Assembly: GCA_038127595.1 (NCBI GenBank)
Contig: JAYPIC010000001.1
Location: 34,618-98,617 of the forward strand
Direction of reading: 5' to 3'
Source: a bacterium
Lineage (GTDB): Bacteria > Fidelibacterota > Marinisomatia > Marinisomatales > UBA1611
DNA: 64,000 nucleotides
In this document: in pieces, positions 39,765-48,372 of the stretch
How positions within the stretch are numbered: the first letter of the stretch is position 1
How the letters are laid out: each line of letters starts with the position of its first letter
Translations under genes and position numbers: made by a program
Notes under the pieces: generated by a model
Database searches by the model: none
What the model saw: only the letters and a program-made list of their open reading frames with translations
Told to the model about the DNA's origin: nothing

Positions 39765-41645
39765 ATGGATGCAAAAATATACTGGTTATTGGCGTTCGTA
39801 GGACTCTATTGGTCCTATTGTATTTTTTGGGGCATTAAAGGCGCAATTACTTCTAAAACCTCTGAAGATTATTTTGTAGCAGGTAGATCAATAGGAACCT
39901 GGGTATTTGTACTTGCAGCAACTGCAACTAGTTTTTCAGGATGGACATTTGTTGGGCATCCGGGGAAAATACTTACAGATGGTCTACCATATGCATTTGC
40001 TTCATTTTATGCACTTACAATACCATTTACTGGAGTTCTTTTTTTGAGAAGACAATGGGTGCTTGGAAGAGTTTATAATTATGTAACTCCAGGAGAAATG
40101 TATTCTGATTATTACGGCGGTAATTCAATGAGAGCGTTAACAGTATTAGTTGCATTTCTATTTTCTGTCCCATATTTGGGTATTCAACTTCGAGCATCTG
40201 GAGCATTATTTAATGTCCTCACTGATGGTTTAATTTCAACTAATTTAGGTATGATATTATTATCTGCAGTAGTAGTTATCTATGTTGCTTCAGGAGGATT
40301 AAAATCGGTTGCTTATGTTGACTGTGCTCAAGCAATTTTGTTAGCATTAGGTATAATAGTACTTGGAGTTATTACGATAAAATGGATTGGTGGATGGAAT
40401 TTATTCACCGAGGGGATTGGCGTTTTAGTTAAAAATGATTTAATAAGTGGTAATCGATTAACATTACAGGGTTTTTCTAGTAGAGTGGCGATGCCGGGTT
40501 CTATTCAAATTGTTTCATCAGGTTCAAATGCAGTAGGTGGTATATGGACTGGTATGATGTGTATGACATACATGTTTGCTTTAATGGGCATACAGTCTTC
40601 ACCGGCATTTTCAATGTGGGCCTATGCAAATAAAACCTCTAAACCCTTTAGATGGCAGCAAGTAGTTGCTTCATCAATCGTTATCGGTATCATTTTATTT
40701 ACATTTACTATCATTCAAGGGATGGGCGCTGATGTCTTAGTATTAAATGGAATTTTTGAGACAATATCGGATAGTACTTTAGTACCAAAGTTAATTAATC
40801 TAATGTCTGAATCAGCACCATGGTTAGTAGGGCTTTTAGCTGTCTGTGCCCTCGCAGCAATGCAAAGCACAGGATCTGCTTATATGTCAACTTTTAGTGC
40901 AATGATAACTAGAGACATATATAAAAATTATATTGATGAAGAAGTAACTGAAGATAGACAAAAGTTCATAGGACGTTTATTTGTAGTTGTTGTAGCAGTT
41001 GCGGCATTGGTTGTTGCGATAGTTTCTACAGACGCTTTGGTAATGTTAGGCGGTCTTGCGGTAGCTTATGGATTTCAGATGTATCCAGCGCTTTTTGGGA
41101 ACCTTTATTGTAAATGGATTTCTAAAACAGGGGTTACTATGGGTTTAATTGCTGGACTTTTGGCTGTTACTTTAACAGATAAGATGTCTAGTATATTTCC
41201 TTTACCATGGGGAGCTTATCCTCTTACTATACACTCTGCAGGGTGGGGGATATTTTTTAATATAATTTTTACAGGCTTTGGTTCTTATTTTTTCCCAGAT
41301 AGTGATCAAAAAAATTTAGATAAAGAAAAAAGGCATGCATTTTTATCTGAAGTTGCAGGAGTGCCAGCGTCAAAGAAAAAATTAGTTCCTTTAGCATATT
41401 GTCTTGTCATATTTTGGTTCTTATTTGGGTTTGGCCCTTTTGCGATGATTGGCAACACTTTATTTTCCGACCCAAACATACCTGCTACTTGGGCACCATT
41501 TAATTTGCCATCAATATGGATATGGCAATTAGTTTTTTTATTTTTCGGAATTTTTGTGATGTGGTTTTTAGCTTTTTATATGGGTTTTTCAAAGCCTATT
41601 CCTTCTAAAAAGTTAGAGAATACATTTAATAATTATTTTAAGTAA
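39765..41645 (+). CDS. Sodium:solute symporter (SSS) family transporter
   Basis: DYFVAGR, ATSFSGWTF.G.PG, GG...VAY.D..Q, AAMQST; about 14 TM. Confidence 0.9.
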   Translation: MDAKIYWLLAFVGLYWSYCIFWGIKGAITSKTSEDYFVAGRSIGTWVFVLAATATSFSGWTFVGHPGKILTDGLPYAFASFYALTIPFTGVLFLRRQWVLGRVYNYVTPGEMYSDYYGGNSMRALTVLVAFLFSVPYLGIQLRASGALFNVLTDGLISTNLGMILLSAVVVIYVASGGLKSVAYVDCAQAILLALGIIVLGVITIKWIGGWNLFTEGIGVLVKNDLISGNRLTLQGFSSRVAMPGSIQIVSSGSNAVGGIWTGMMCMTYMFALMGIQSSPAFSMWAYANKTSKPFRWQQVVASSIVIGIILFTFTIIQGMGADVLVLNGIFETISDSTLVPKLINLMSESAPWLVGLLAVCALAAMQSTGSAYMSTFSAMITRDIYKNYIDEEVTEDRQKFIGRLFVVVVAVAALVVAIVSTDALVMLGGLAVAYGFQMYPALFGNLYCKWISKTGVTMGLIAGLLAVTLTDKMSSIFPLPWGAYPLTIHSAGWGIFFNIIFTGFGSYFFPDSDQKNLDKEKRHAFLSEVAGVPASKKKLVPLAYCLVIFWFLFGFGPFAMIGNTLFSDPNIPATWAPFNLPSIWIWQLVFLFFGIFVMWFLAFYMGFSKPIPSKKLENTFNNYFK

Positions 41646-41699
41646 AGAATAATGACATTTTCTTTCATTCTGCAATAAAGAATAAATATATTTAGACTA

Positions 41700-43088
41700 A
41701 TGGATACAAATAAAAAAAATGAAGCTAGTTCGTCATCTCTTGATGACATAGAAAAAAAAATACATGCTAATCAGGTTCTGTATGATCAACTTCATCAGTC
41801 CTTAGTTGATGAATCTTTAGCTCAGGCGGATGAAGATGAGAAGAGTTTAGCCAATAGCAAATCTGAAATAGGTACTGAGGAAACTGTTTTTTCTAAATTA
41901 TCAAATTATTACCAGTCAAATGAATTATTTAGATATGCTATTTGGGGGTTTGGCGCTGTATTTTTTGCAACAACTATTTTAACGATTATTGAGTATCCTC
42001 TTTTTAGCGGAAGTGTAAAAGATGATGTTGGCGATGGTTTTATGTTTGGTGGTAGTGAGCCGAACTGGATAGATACATTTTTTCATACTTTTTGGTGGGC
42101 AGTAGTAACCTTTACTACTGTAGGGTATGGTGATGTAAGCCCTGAAACACATTTAGGAAAATTTTTAACTATAATTATAATGATTTTAAATCTAGGCATT
42201 GTTACAATGCTTACAGGTGCTGTTTCTTCAGTTTTAGTAGCAGCGCGTTTGAAAGGAGATGATAAATTGGACGAAACTAAATTTCATGGACATTTAATCA
42301 TAGCTGGTTGGAATTCTGCAGTGCAATCAGCGCTTAGATTGGTTGAGGCAAATGAGGATTCTACTTCTGTTGTGATTTTAATTAATGAGACAGAAGAGGA
42401 AATAATTAAAAGAGCAATTTCTGGTTTTGATCGATTAGATATAACGCACTTGTCAGAGAATTTTACTCAAGAAGGAGTATTAAAAAAAGCGTATATTGAA
42501 GAGTGTGGTACATTTATGATAGTTCCAGATGAATCTGGACTGCTTCCAAACGAAAAGCCCGATGAGGATAAAACAGTTTTAACAGCTCTTACTGCGAAAT
42601 CCATACTAGAGGACATTCAGGTTGTAGCATATATTTTAGACGAAGAGTACATTTCTCATTTGCATAGAGCAAATGTAAACGAGATAGTCTTTCCTGACGA
42701 ACACATTCCGCATATGTTAGCCAAGCATGTTACCGATCCGGGTGTCCCACAACTTTTTGATGAACTTATTACACAGGAAAAACAGGATAAAGGCATTCAG
42801 GTTGTACCCATTCCAAAAGGATTGGTTGGTTTAACGCACAATAAAGTTTCAGCATATTACAAATTCAAACATAAATGGCTATTGGTAGGATATGCAATTA
42901 AGAAAGCTGGATTTAGTCTTGAAGAGCAAATGGGTGAGAGTGGTAGTCCTATTATTAGAGACATGATTAAAGAACAGCTAGATGGTGCAGGAATAAAGTT
43001 GTCAAGTGATGAGCATGTAATTGTTGAGATCAACCCTGATGATGAATATGTCATTGATGGGAAACATAAAGCTTTAGTATTGAGGTAA
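41700..43088 (+). CDS. Two-TM potassium channel with cytoplasmic RCK domain
   Basis: FWWAVVTFTTVGYGD selectivity filter; GHLIIAGWN RCK start. Confidence 0.9.
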   Translation: MDTNKKNEASSSSLDDIEKKIHANQVLYDQLHQSLVDESLAQADEDEKSLANSKSEIGTEETVFSKLSNYYQSNELFRYAIWGFGAVFFATTILTIIEYPLFSGSVKDDVGDGFMFGGSEPNWIDTFFHTFWWAVVTFTTVGYGDVSPETHLGKFLTIIIMILNLGIVTMLTGAVSSVLVAARLKGDDKLDETKFHGHLIIAGWNSAVQSALRLVEANEDSTSVVILINETEEEIIKRAISGFDRLDITHLSENFTQEGVLKKAYIEECGTFMIVPDESGLLPNEKPDEDKTVLTALTAKSILEDIQVVAYILDEEYISHLHRANVNEIVFPDEHIPHMLAKHVTDPGVPQLFDELITQEKQDKGIQVVPIPKGLVGLTHNKVSAYYKFKHKWLLVGYAIKKAGFSLEEQMGESGSPIIRDMIKEQLDGAGIKLSSDEHVIVEINPDDEYVIDGKHKALVLR

Positions 43089-43092
43089 AGAT

Positions 43093-43656
43093 ATGGGTGT
43101 TAGTGCTAGTCAAATACAAAAAATAAATTATTTTAGTAAAGTTCCAGAAGAATTTTGCTCTCAAATTGCTAAGGCGGTAGTTGAAGAAAATTGTCCTCCT
43201 GGCACTGTGCTGCTTAAAGAAGGTGAAGCGGGAGATACAATGCTTTTAATTTTTCAAGGCCAAGTTGAAGTATCTAAAAATATGATGGTTAAAGCTTCTA
43301 GCGGGTTTACTATGTCAACTAAGTCAATAATAAGATTAGAAACTACAGACCCTGCGCCATCAAATGACCCTATTACTCAACCAACTGTATCAGTGGTAAA
43401 GGCTCCTGCTTTTGGTATAGGAGAATTTTCTTTAGTCCTTGATGACGCTAAGCGAACATCACATGTCACAGCAATGACAGATGTAAAATATGGAATTTTA
43501 AGTTTAGAAGATTTCTCAAGGATAGTAGATAAAAACCCTTCAATTGGGGGGCCGGTATATTTTGAGGTAGCAAAGTCCGCAGTGAATAACTTAGCTACTG
43601 CAACTCAAGATATATCTAATTTGACTCAGGCATTCTTTTTTGCTTTAACTAAATAA
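43093..43656 (+). CDS. Stand-alone cyclic-nucleotide-binding domain protein
   Basis: G.VLLKEGE.GD.M..I..G.VEV, GEFSL.....RTS.VTA; no HTH. Confidence 0.85.
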   Translation: MGVSASQIQKINYFSKVPEEFCSQIAKAVVEENCPPGTVLLKEGEAGDTMLLIFQGQVEVSKNMMVKASSGFTMSTKSIIRLETTDPAPSNDPITQPTVSVVKAPAFGIGEFSLVLDDAKRTSHVTAMTDVKYGILSLEDFSRIVDKNPSIGGPVYFEVAKSAVNNLATATQDISNLTQAFFFALTK

Positions 43657-43659
43657 TTA

Positions 43660-45462
43660 TTATTTAATAAAAAACGTCCTTCTCCTAGTATTTATTTTTT
43701 CTTCAAGTTCGATTATTTTTTCTTTTTCTAACGGCGTCTTTTCTTCTTTAGAGCTCAATTTATCTAATTCTAATCTTAAGAATTGGACATCACGATCAAG
43801 TTTTTCGAGACGTCCTTTCATTTGTTTAGACAACATTTTTTTAAAATCATCAATTTTATCGCTATCTGGAGAATAATAAATATTCGTATTTCCTCGATCA
43901 GTGTCTTCCCAAAATGTTGGGCCACTAAATTTGATTCTATTATATAGTCCTTCCATTAAGTTCAGATAAGTTTGATTGTCAAAATAAGCAAGGTCATCAA
44001 GTACATCTGCAACAATGGTCTCTGCAAAATCAAGGTTTTTAATTTTTATATAATGAAGAGCTAGTCCAATTTGTAATACTCGCACGCCATTATTTACGCT
44101 TTGATCTAGATCATCTTTTGGATAATCTGGAGGATTATCAAGTTGTAAAATTTCTTTTAATAAATGTTCCTGCAGCTCGAGGTCCCAATTTTTTTCAGAA
44201 ATGATGATAGATATCTTTTTTAGTTCAGTAGTTAATACATCTACAATAAAATATAGCGAAGGGTTGTTAGCTGCTTGTTTATAAATTTCATTACTATAGA
44301 ATTTGAAATAGAAGTATCCCATTTTTAGCAAATCAATTTTATTTTTATCAACATAACCTTGCAAAAGAGTTGAATAGTGGAATGCTAAATTGTATAAATT
44401 CCTTGGTTCATTATTTCTGACTGCATGCTTTATTGCAAATCTCATAAATGTATTAAATCTTATATTAATATCCGTAATTAAACTATCTTGTTCGAGTTCT
44501 AAGGCTAAAAGCCCTACTGAGCTAATTTCATTAGCGATAAGAGAAGCTAGTTCATATTCTCCGTTCTCCATTTTTCGTATATATGCATTACCCATCATTT
44601 TAAAAGATTTTACTTCGTAAAATGTTTTTCTATCTTCTATATCTTTATATTGGTGTTCAACATATGTTCTGAAAGTTGGATTATTTCTAATGGTATCTGT
44701 AGCAGTAAAAAATTTTGGATCATAGGAATCCTTGTTCATCATATACACTCTTACTGTATCACCAACCCGTCGAATGATTTCTGTTTGAGCCTCTTTGAAT
44801 GATATATATTCAAGTAGGTCATCGAATTGATCTATAGTAGACATTAATTGATGCTGATAATGTTCAATAACTCTACTATCATTCATTGTAAGTTGTACGG
44901 GCTTTTGCTTTAACCTTTTTATGTCAGCAATATTCAGCGAATAGAGTTTTCTAATTACATTATCTGTTTTTGAATAGAGTAAGATGTAAAATATGTATGG
45001 CAATGATAAAACAGAAGATAGGGGAAGGTAAATGTAAGTATTTAACATGACACTAGATAGCCTATCCATTGGTTCAAAATAGTACATAATTATTGTTGAA
45101 TGAATAGACGCAAGAATTAAAAACCATATGAAGATAAGACTTATCCAATCTCTAACGAACAGGTCCATCAATTTTGGAGTGGATTCTGCTGCTATTGCAA
45201 TGACAATTATCAATGTACCTAAAACTGTAGCTAATACTCCTCCCCATATTTCGGGTGCAAAAGTGAGGTCTACGGCTCCATGAGCTTCTTTGTTAATATC
45301 AAAGAATTGTTCAAGGAATAAAATGACTTGTGGATAAAGCTGATGAAATAAAGAATCGCTTATGAGAATGACTAAAAAAACGATTAGTAAGGAGGCTAGC
45401 GATCTGTTTCTATTTATCAGATTCAATGTATTTGCAAAAAATATTGTAATATTACTGTTCAT
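43660..45462 (-). CDS. Membrane protein with long helical cytoplasmic domain (DUF2254-like)
   Basis: Four N-terminal TM with A....TPKL.DLF..D; rest helical; family call from memory of motifs. Confidence 0.5.
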   Translation of the reverse strand: MNSNITIFFANTLNLINRNRSLASLLIVFLVILISDSLFHQLYPQVILFLEQFFDINKEAHGAVDLTFAPEIWGGVLATVLGTLIIVIAIAAESTPKLMDLFVRDWISLIFIWFLILASIHSTIIMYYFEPMDRLSSVMLNTYIYLPLSSVLSLPYIFYILLYSKTDNVIRKLYSLNIADIKRLKQKPVQLTMNDSRVIEHYQHQLMSTIDQFDDLLEYISFKEAQTEIIRRVGDTVRVYMMNKDSYDPKFFTATDTIRNNPTFRTYVEHQYKDIEDRKTFYEVKSFKMMGNAYIRKMENGEYELASLIANEISSVGLLALELEQDSLITDINIRFNTFMRFAIKHAVRNNEPRNLYNLAFHYSTLLQGYVDKNKIDLLKMGYFYFKFYSNEIYKQAANNPSLYFIVDVLTTELKKISIIISEKNWDLELQEHLLKEILQLDNPPDYPKDDLDQSVNNGVRVLQIGLALHYIKIKNLDFAETIVADVLDDLAYFDNQTYLNLMEGLYNRIKFSGPTFWEDTDRGNTNIYYSPDSDKIDDFKKMLSKQMKGRLEKLDRDVQFLRLELDKLSSKEEKTPLEKEKIIELEEKINTRRRTFFIK

Positions 45463-45558
45463 CCTTATGTAAAGTAGTAAAACATTGTTAATGGAAGCTA
45501 CGATTTTGATATATGTTTTTCAATATTGAAGAAGACTTTCTATCCAGATGTTACTTAA

Positions 45559-45564
45559 TATAAT
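45559..45564 (+). promoter_or_regulatory. Candidate sigma70 -10 box for the structured leader and TerB-like gene
   Basis: Perfect TATAAT about 10 nt before the first paired region; -35 box weak. Confidence 0.4.
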
Positions 45565-45571
45565 ACGTTAT

Positions 45572-45690
45572 AGTGGAATCGGTTTTTATTGCTCTTCACA
45601 TAAACCGATGATAACTTCCTAATAGCTCTATTGAGTTTAGAGGTTCGTAGACTCAATATAGAGTAGTAATAGTAGTTACGAACTTTAAAT
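45572..45690 (+). ncRNA. Candidate structured cis-regulatory RNA (two hairpins, both loops complementary to downstream segments)
   Basis: P1 45578-85/45602-09; P2 45629-39/45648-58; loop1 45586-95 pairs 45660-69; loop2 45640-47 pairs 45679-86; G-U pairs work only on the plus strand. Confidence 0.55.
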
Positions 45691-45715
45691 GTAAATTAAT
45701 TCTAACGAGGTAATT

Positions 45716-46147
45716 ATGTCAGATTGGACAAATAGTCACGACTTAGTATATGCATTTGTTTGTGTTTCTTTTTTAGCAGATGGAGATGTTGATGAGTCTG
45801 AGAAAGAAGCAATGCGTGGTAACGTAAAAGTTATGCTCCCAGATATGGGAGATGATGAGTATCATCAAGTTGAAAAAGAAGTTATTGATAAATTTATTGC
45901 CCTCGGCGATGAAGCTTCTCGTTTTGACCAATATGGTTCTTCACTCAGTGCAATCAAAGAAATGTTTTCTTCTGATGATGATCGTTATAAGGTAATTAAA
46001 AACCTTGCTTACATTGCTAGGGCTGATGAATTTATTCACGAAAATGAAATGAAAATGATTGAGCAAGCAGTTAGCGATTTAGATATGGAAGATAAAGTCA
46101 GTTTGGTTAAAACTGAATCTACCCTTTTTGTAGATTTTAAAGGGTAA
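45716..46147 (+). CDS. TerB-like (tellurite resistance/DjlA N-terminal fold) protein
   Basis: ADGDVDESE and IARADEFIHENE metal-binding motifs; GAGG RBS. Confidence 0.75.
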   Translation: MSDWTNSHDLVYAFVCVSFLADGDVDESEKEAMRGNVKVMLPDMGDDEYHQVEKEVIDKFIALGDEASRFDQYGSSLSAIKEMFSSDDDRYKVIKNLAYIARADEFIHENEMKMIEQAVSDLDMEDKVSLVKTESTLFVDFKG

Positions 46148-46161
46148 TTAAAAAATATATT

Positions 46162-46194
46162 ACGATGCCTGGGTTAATCCCAGGTATCGTTTTT
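46162..46194 (+). terminator. Rho-independent terminator after the TerB-like gene
   Basis: ACGATGCCTGGG-TTAAT-CCCAGGTATCGT followed by TTTT. Confidence 0.8.
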
Positions 46195-46218
46195 ATTAAT
46201 TTAAATAGGAATACGAAT

Positions 46219-46374
46219 ATGTCTGAAAAAAGAACACACAGTGACGATAGACGAAATAACGACCGCAGAAATGCCGATCGAAGATTAAGCAATGTAACAG
46301 TTGAAAATGATAGAAGAACTGATGGAGATAGAAGACAAGATGAGCGCCGTTCTGTAAAGGACCGACGCTCATAA
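46219..46374 (+). CDS. 51-aa (D/E)RR-repeat microprotein
   Basis: AGGA RBS at 46207-10; MSEKRTHSDDRRNNDRRNADRRLSNVTVENDRRTDGDRRQDERRSVKDRRS; varied Arg codons suggest protein-level selection. Confidence 0.65.
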   Translation: MSEKRTHSDDRRNNDRRNADRRLSNVTVENDRRTDGDRRQDERRSVKDRRS

Positions 46375-46387
46375 TATTAATCTCTAC

Positions 46388-47062
46388 TTAACAGTAGACT
46401 CTTTCCATTCCTGATAGGAAATTATTTAAAGAAGATAATGCAAGTTCAATAGCTTCTAACGCTTCTTCTTTCTTTTCATCAGTATCACAAACATCGCCAA
46501 TCAAATCTTTAATAACTTGCCTGTGAATGATATCTGCAGATTGATGCACCTCAAAGAACTTTAATGTGTCCTCACCATTTTTAGCACCGTAATATTTCTT
46601 TAAACCGTCAATTTTATTTTCAGCAATTTCAGGGATCATAGATTCATAACAATAAAGAGCACTGAATCCAACATGGTAACGCTCGTCTTTTGATAGTTTC
46701 ATAAAATTGTCTACCAGCTCTTTTGTTTCTTTTATTGCCACAGTATTTTTTACATCTTTTCTTTTTTTACCCATGCCTTCTGCAAAACGCATCCATAATT
46801 CTGGATGATTTTCATCACCACGCTCTTCATCGATTAAGTTTTCTAGAATTTCTTGTCTTACTGATATATCATCACAGTTTGAGTGGATTGATGATAAATA
46901 TCTAGGGAAAGCAGAAACATGTTTAAAATATTGGGCAGCATATTCTTGAATGGTAGATCGATCTAATTCACCTGCATTCCAAGCTTTATAAAAAGAGTGA
47001 TTTAGTAAATGATGCTCTTCAATTTTGTTTTCAACTATGTTTAAAAATTCAGTTTTGTTCAT
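46388..47062 (-). CDS. CADD-family heme-oxygenase-like diiron oxidase (putative self-sacrificing p-aminobenzoate synthase)
   Basis: HHLLNHSFY..W..GEL, FPRYLS.IHS.CDD, ENL.DEE.G..NH.ELW, YE..IPEIA..KI.GL, FF.VH..AD..H; GGAG RBS before ATG 47062. Confidence 0.85.
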   Translation of the reverse strand: MNKTEFLNIVENKIEEHHLLNHSFYKAWNAGELDRSTIQEYAAQYFKHVSAFPRYLSSIHSNCDDISVRQEILENLIDEERGDENHPELWMRFAEGMGKKRKDVKNTVAIKETKELVDNFMKLSKDERYHVGFSALYCYESMIPEIAENKIDGLKKYYGAKNGEDTLKFFEVHQSADIIHRQVIKDLIGDVCDTDEKKEEALEAIELALSSLNNFLSGMERVYC

Positions 47063-47091
47063 ACAGTACTCCAAACGTTAAATGATTTAAA

Positions 47092-48372
47092 TTATCCTAG
47101 CCATATACCGGCACAGAAAAATAACCCCGTTAGGAAGTGTAATCCAATAGTTCCTGCATTAGCAGGCTGTAATAATCTATTGTCATAATGCTTGTATAAT
47201 GTTTTTATCGTAAAAATACTGTAAACTGATGTTATTAACGACACAAGGGATAATGTTGGGAAAGTAAGTGGGTTAGTCCAGGATAATGCAATGATGCTAA
47301 CAAACGCCCCTACGATTAATGCAACGTATCCTATCCTTGCTTTCTCTGGCCCAAAAACAACGACTAAATTATTTTTACCGGTTGCTTTATCACCATCATG
47401 GTCAGGAAATTGATTAACGAAAACTATAGCAGCTACTAGAAAGCCTATTGGTATCCCTGCAAATACTGCATCCATGATATGGGTCATGTCACCACTTGTT
47501 TGCACAAGAAAACTACCAGCGACCATTAGTGGTCCAAAATTTAAACCAATTAAAAGCTCTCCCATCCCTTTTCTAGATGCAAATCTAAATGGTGGGGCTG
47601 TATAAAAAAGACCGGAAAGAAATCCAACGATCCCAAGATACAAAATGTTTATGCCTGCTTTATAAATAAGAGGTATACCAACAATAGCACTTAAAGCAAA
47701 AGTTATTATAGCAACATTTAACATACCTTTAGCTGAGATAAGTCCCATTTGAATACTCCTACTTCCTCCTGAAAAAGGCACCATGTAGTTGTAATTTGCT
47801 TCATCTGTCCCACTAGTGTGGTCGTAATAGTCATTCGATGTGTTTGTACCTATGTGCAATAAAAATCCGCCTAACATTGTTAAAGTAAAATAAAACCAAT
47901 CAATACTTACAAATCTACTTGCTACAGCTGCTCCTAAAAGGATTGGGACAATTGTTGCAGTTAAAAACGGTAGTCTCATTATCACCATCCAACTAAATAG
48001 CTTTGTTCCAAAACTGATTTTTGGACGGACTTCATCTGCAGACTTATCAGATAGTGGAGAGGTTACACCACAATAGCCGATGTGGTTACCTTCCTTATCT
48101 TTGGTGGGTGTAATTTTAATTTTGCAAGGCAATTCGGTTCCATCTTTGTGTAAAAAAACAGTGTTTCCTTCCCAAGCTCCTTTTTCAACGGACTCTGCAA
48201 GCCAATTAACTACATGGCCTAATACAATTTGACCAGCACTGAAATCGCTCACCCTACCTTTGCCAATAATTTCTTCTTCTGTGTATCCGAATAATTGCTG
48301 CGCACCTTCACTAAACGTTTCAATTTTACCATCAAGGTCGCAGGTTATTACGCTTTTTAAATTTTTACTCAT
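47092..48372 (-). CDS. PAS domain fused to a MenA-like (UbiA family) prenyltransferase
   Basis: N-terminal PAS (ITCDLDGKIETFSEGAQQLFGYTEEEIIGK...GYCGV), then RLPFL.A, NDYYD..SG.D, YT.PP, GE, NQFPD..GD...GK.NL; start set at ATG 48372. Confidence 0.85.
   Translation of the reverse strand: MSKNLKSVITCDLDGKIETFSEGAQQLFGYTEEEIIGKGRVSDFSAGQIVLGHVVNWLAESVEKGAWEGNTVFLHKDGTELPCKIKITPTKDKEGNHIGYCGVTSPLSDKSADEVRPKISFGTKLFSWMVIMRLPFLTATIVPILLGAAVASRFVSIDWFYFTLTMLGGFLLHIGTNTSNDYYDHTSGTDEANYNYMVPFSGGSRSIQMGLISAKGMLNVAIITFALSAIVGIPLIYKAGINILYLGIVGFLSGLFYTAPPFRFASRKGMGELLIGLNFGPLMVAGSFLVQTSGDMTHIMDAVFAGIPIGFLVAAIVFVNQFPDHDGDKATGKNNLVVVFGPEKARIGYVALIVGAFVSIIALSWTNPLTFPTLSLVSLITSVYSIFTIKTLYKHYDNRLLQPANAGTIGLHFLTGLFFCAGIWLG

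Noticed and set aside
45540..45690. Resemblance of the structured leader to a fluoride riboswitch (AAACCG...GATGA), a hammerhead (CcGATGA) or a tRNA T-arm (GGTTCG)
   Set aside because: The fluoride GATGG/P1 core, the hammerhead GAAA and a cloverleaf are all missing; kept as an unassigned RNA instead
46165..46218. N-terminal extension of the 69-aa ORF in the track (MPGLIPGIVF...)
   Set aside because: It runs through the terminator hairpin; the RBS supports ATG 46219
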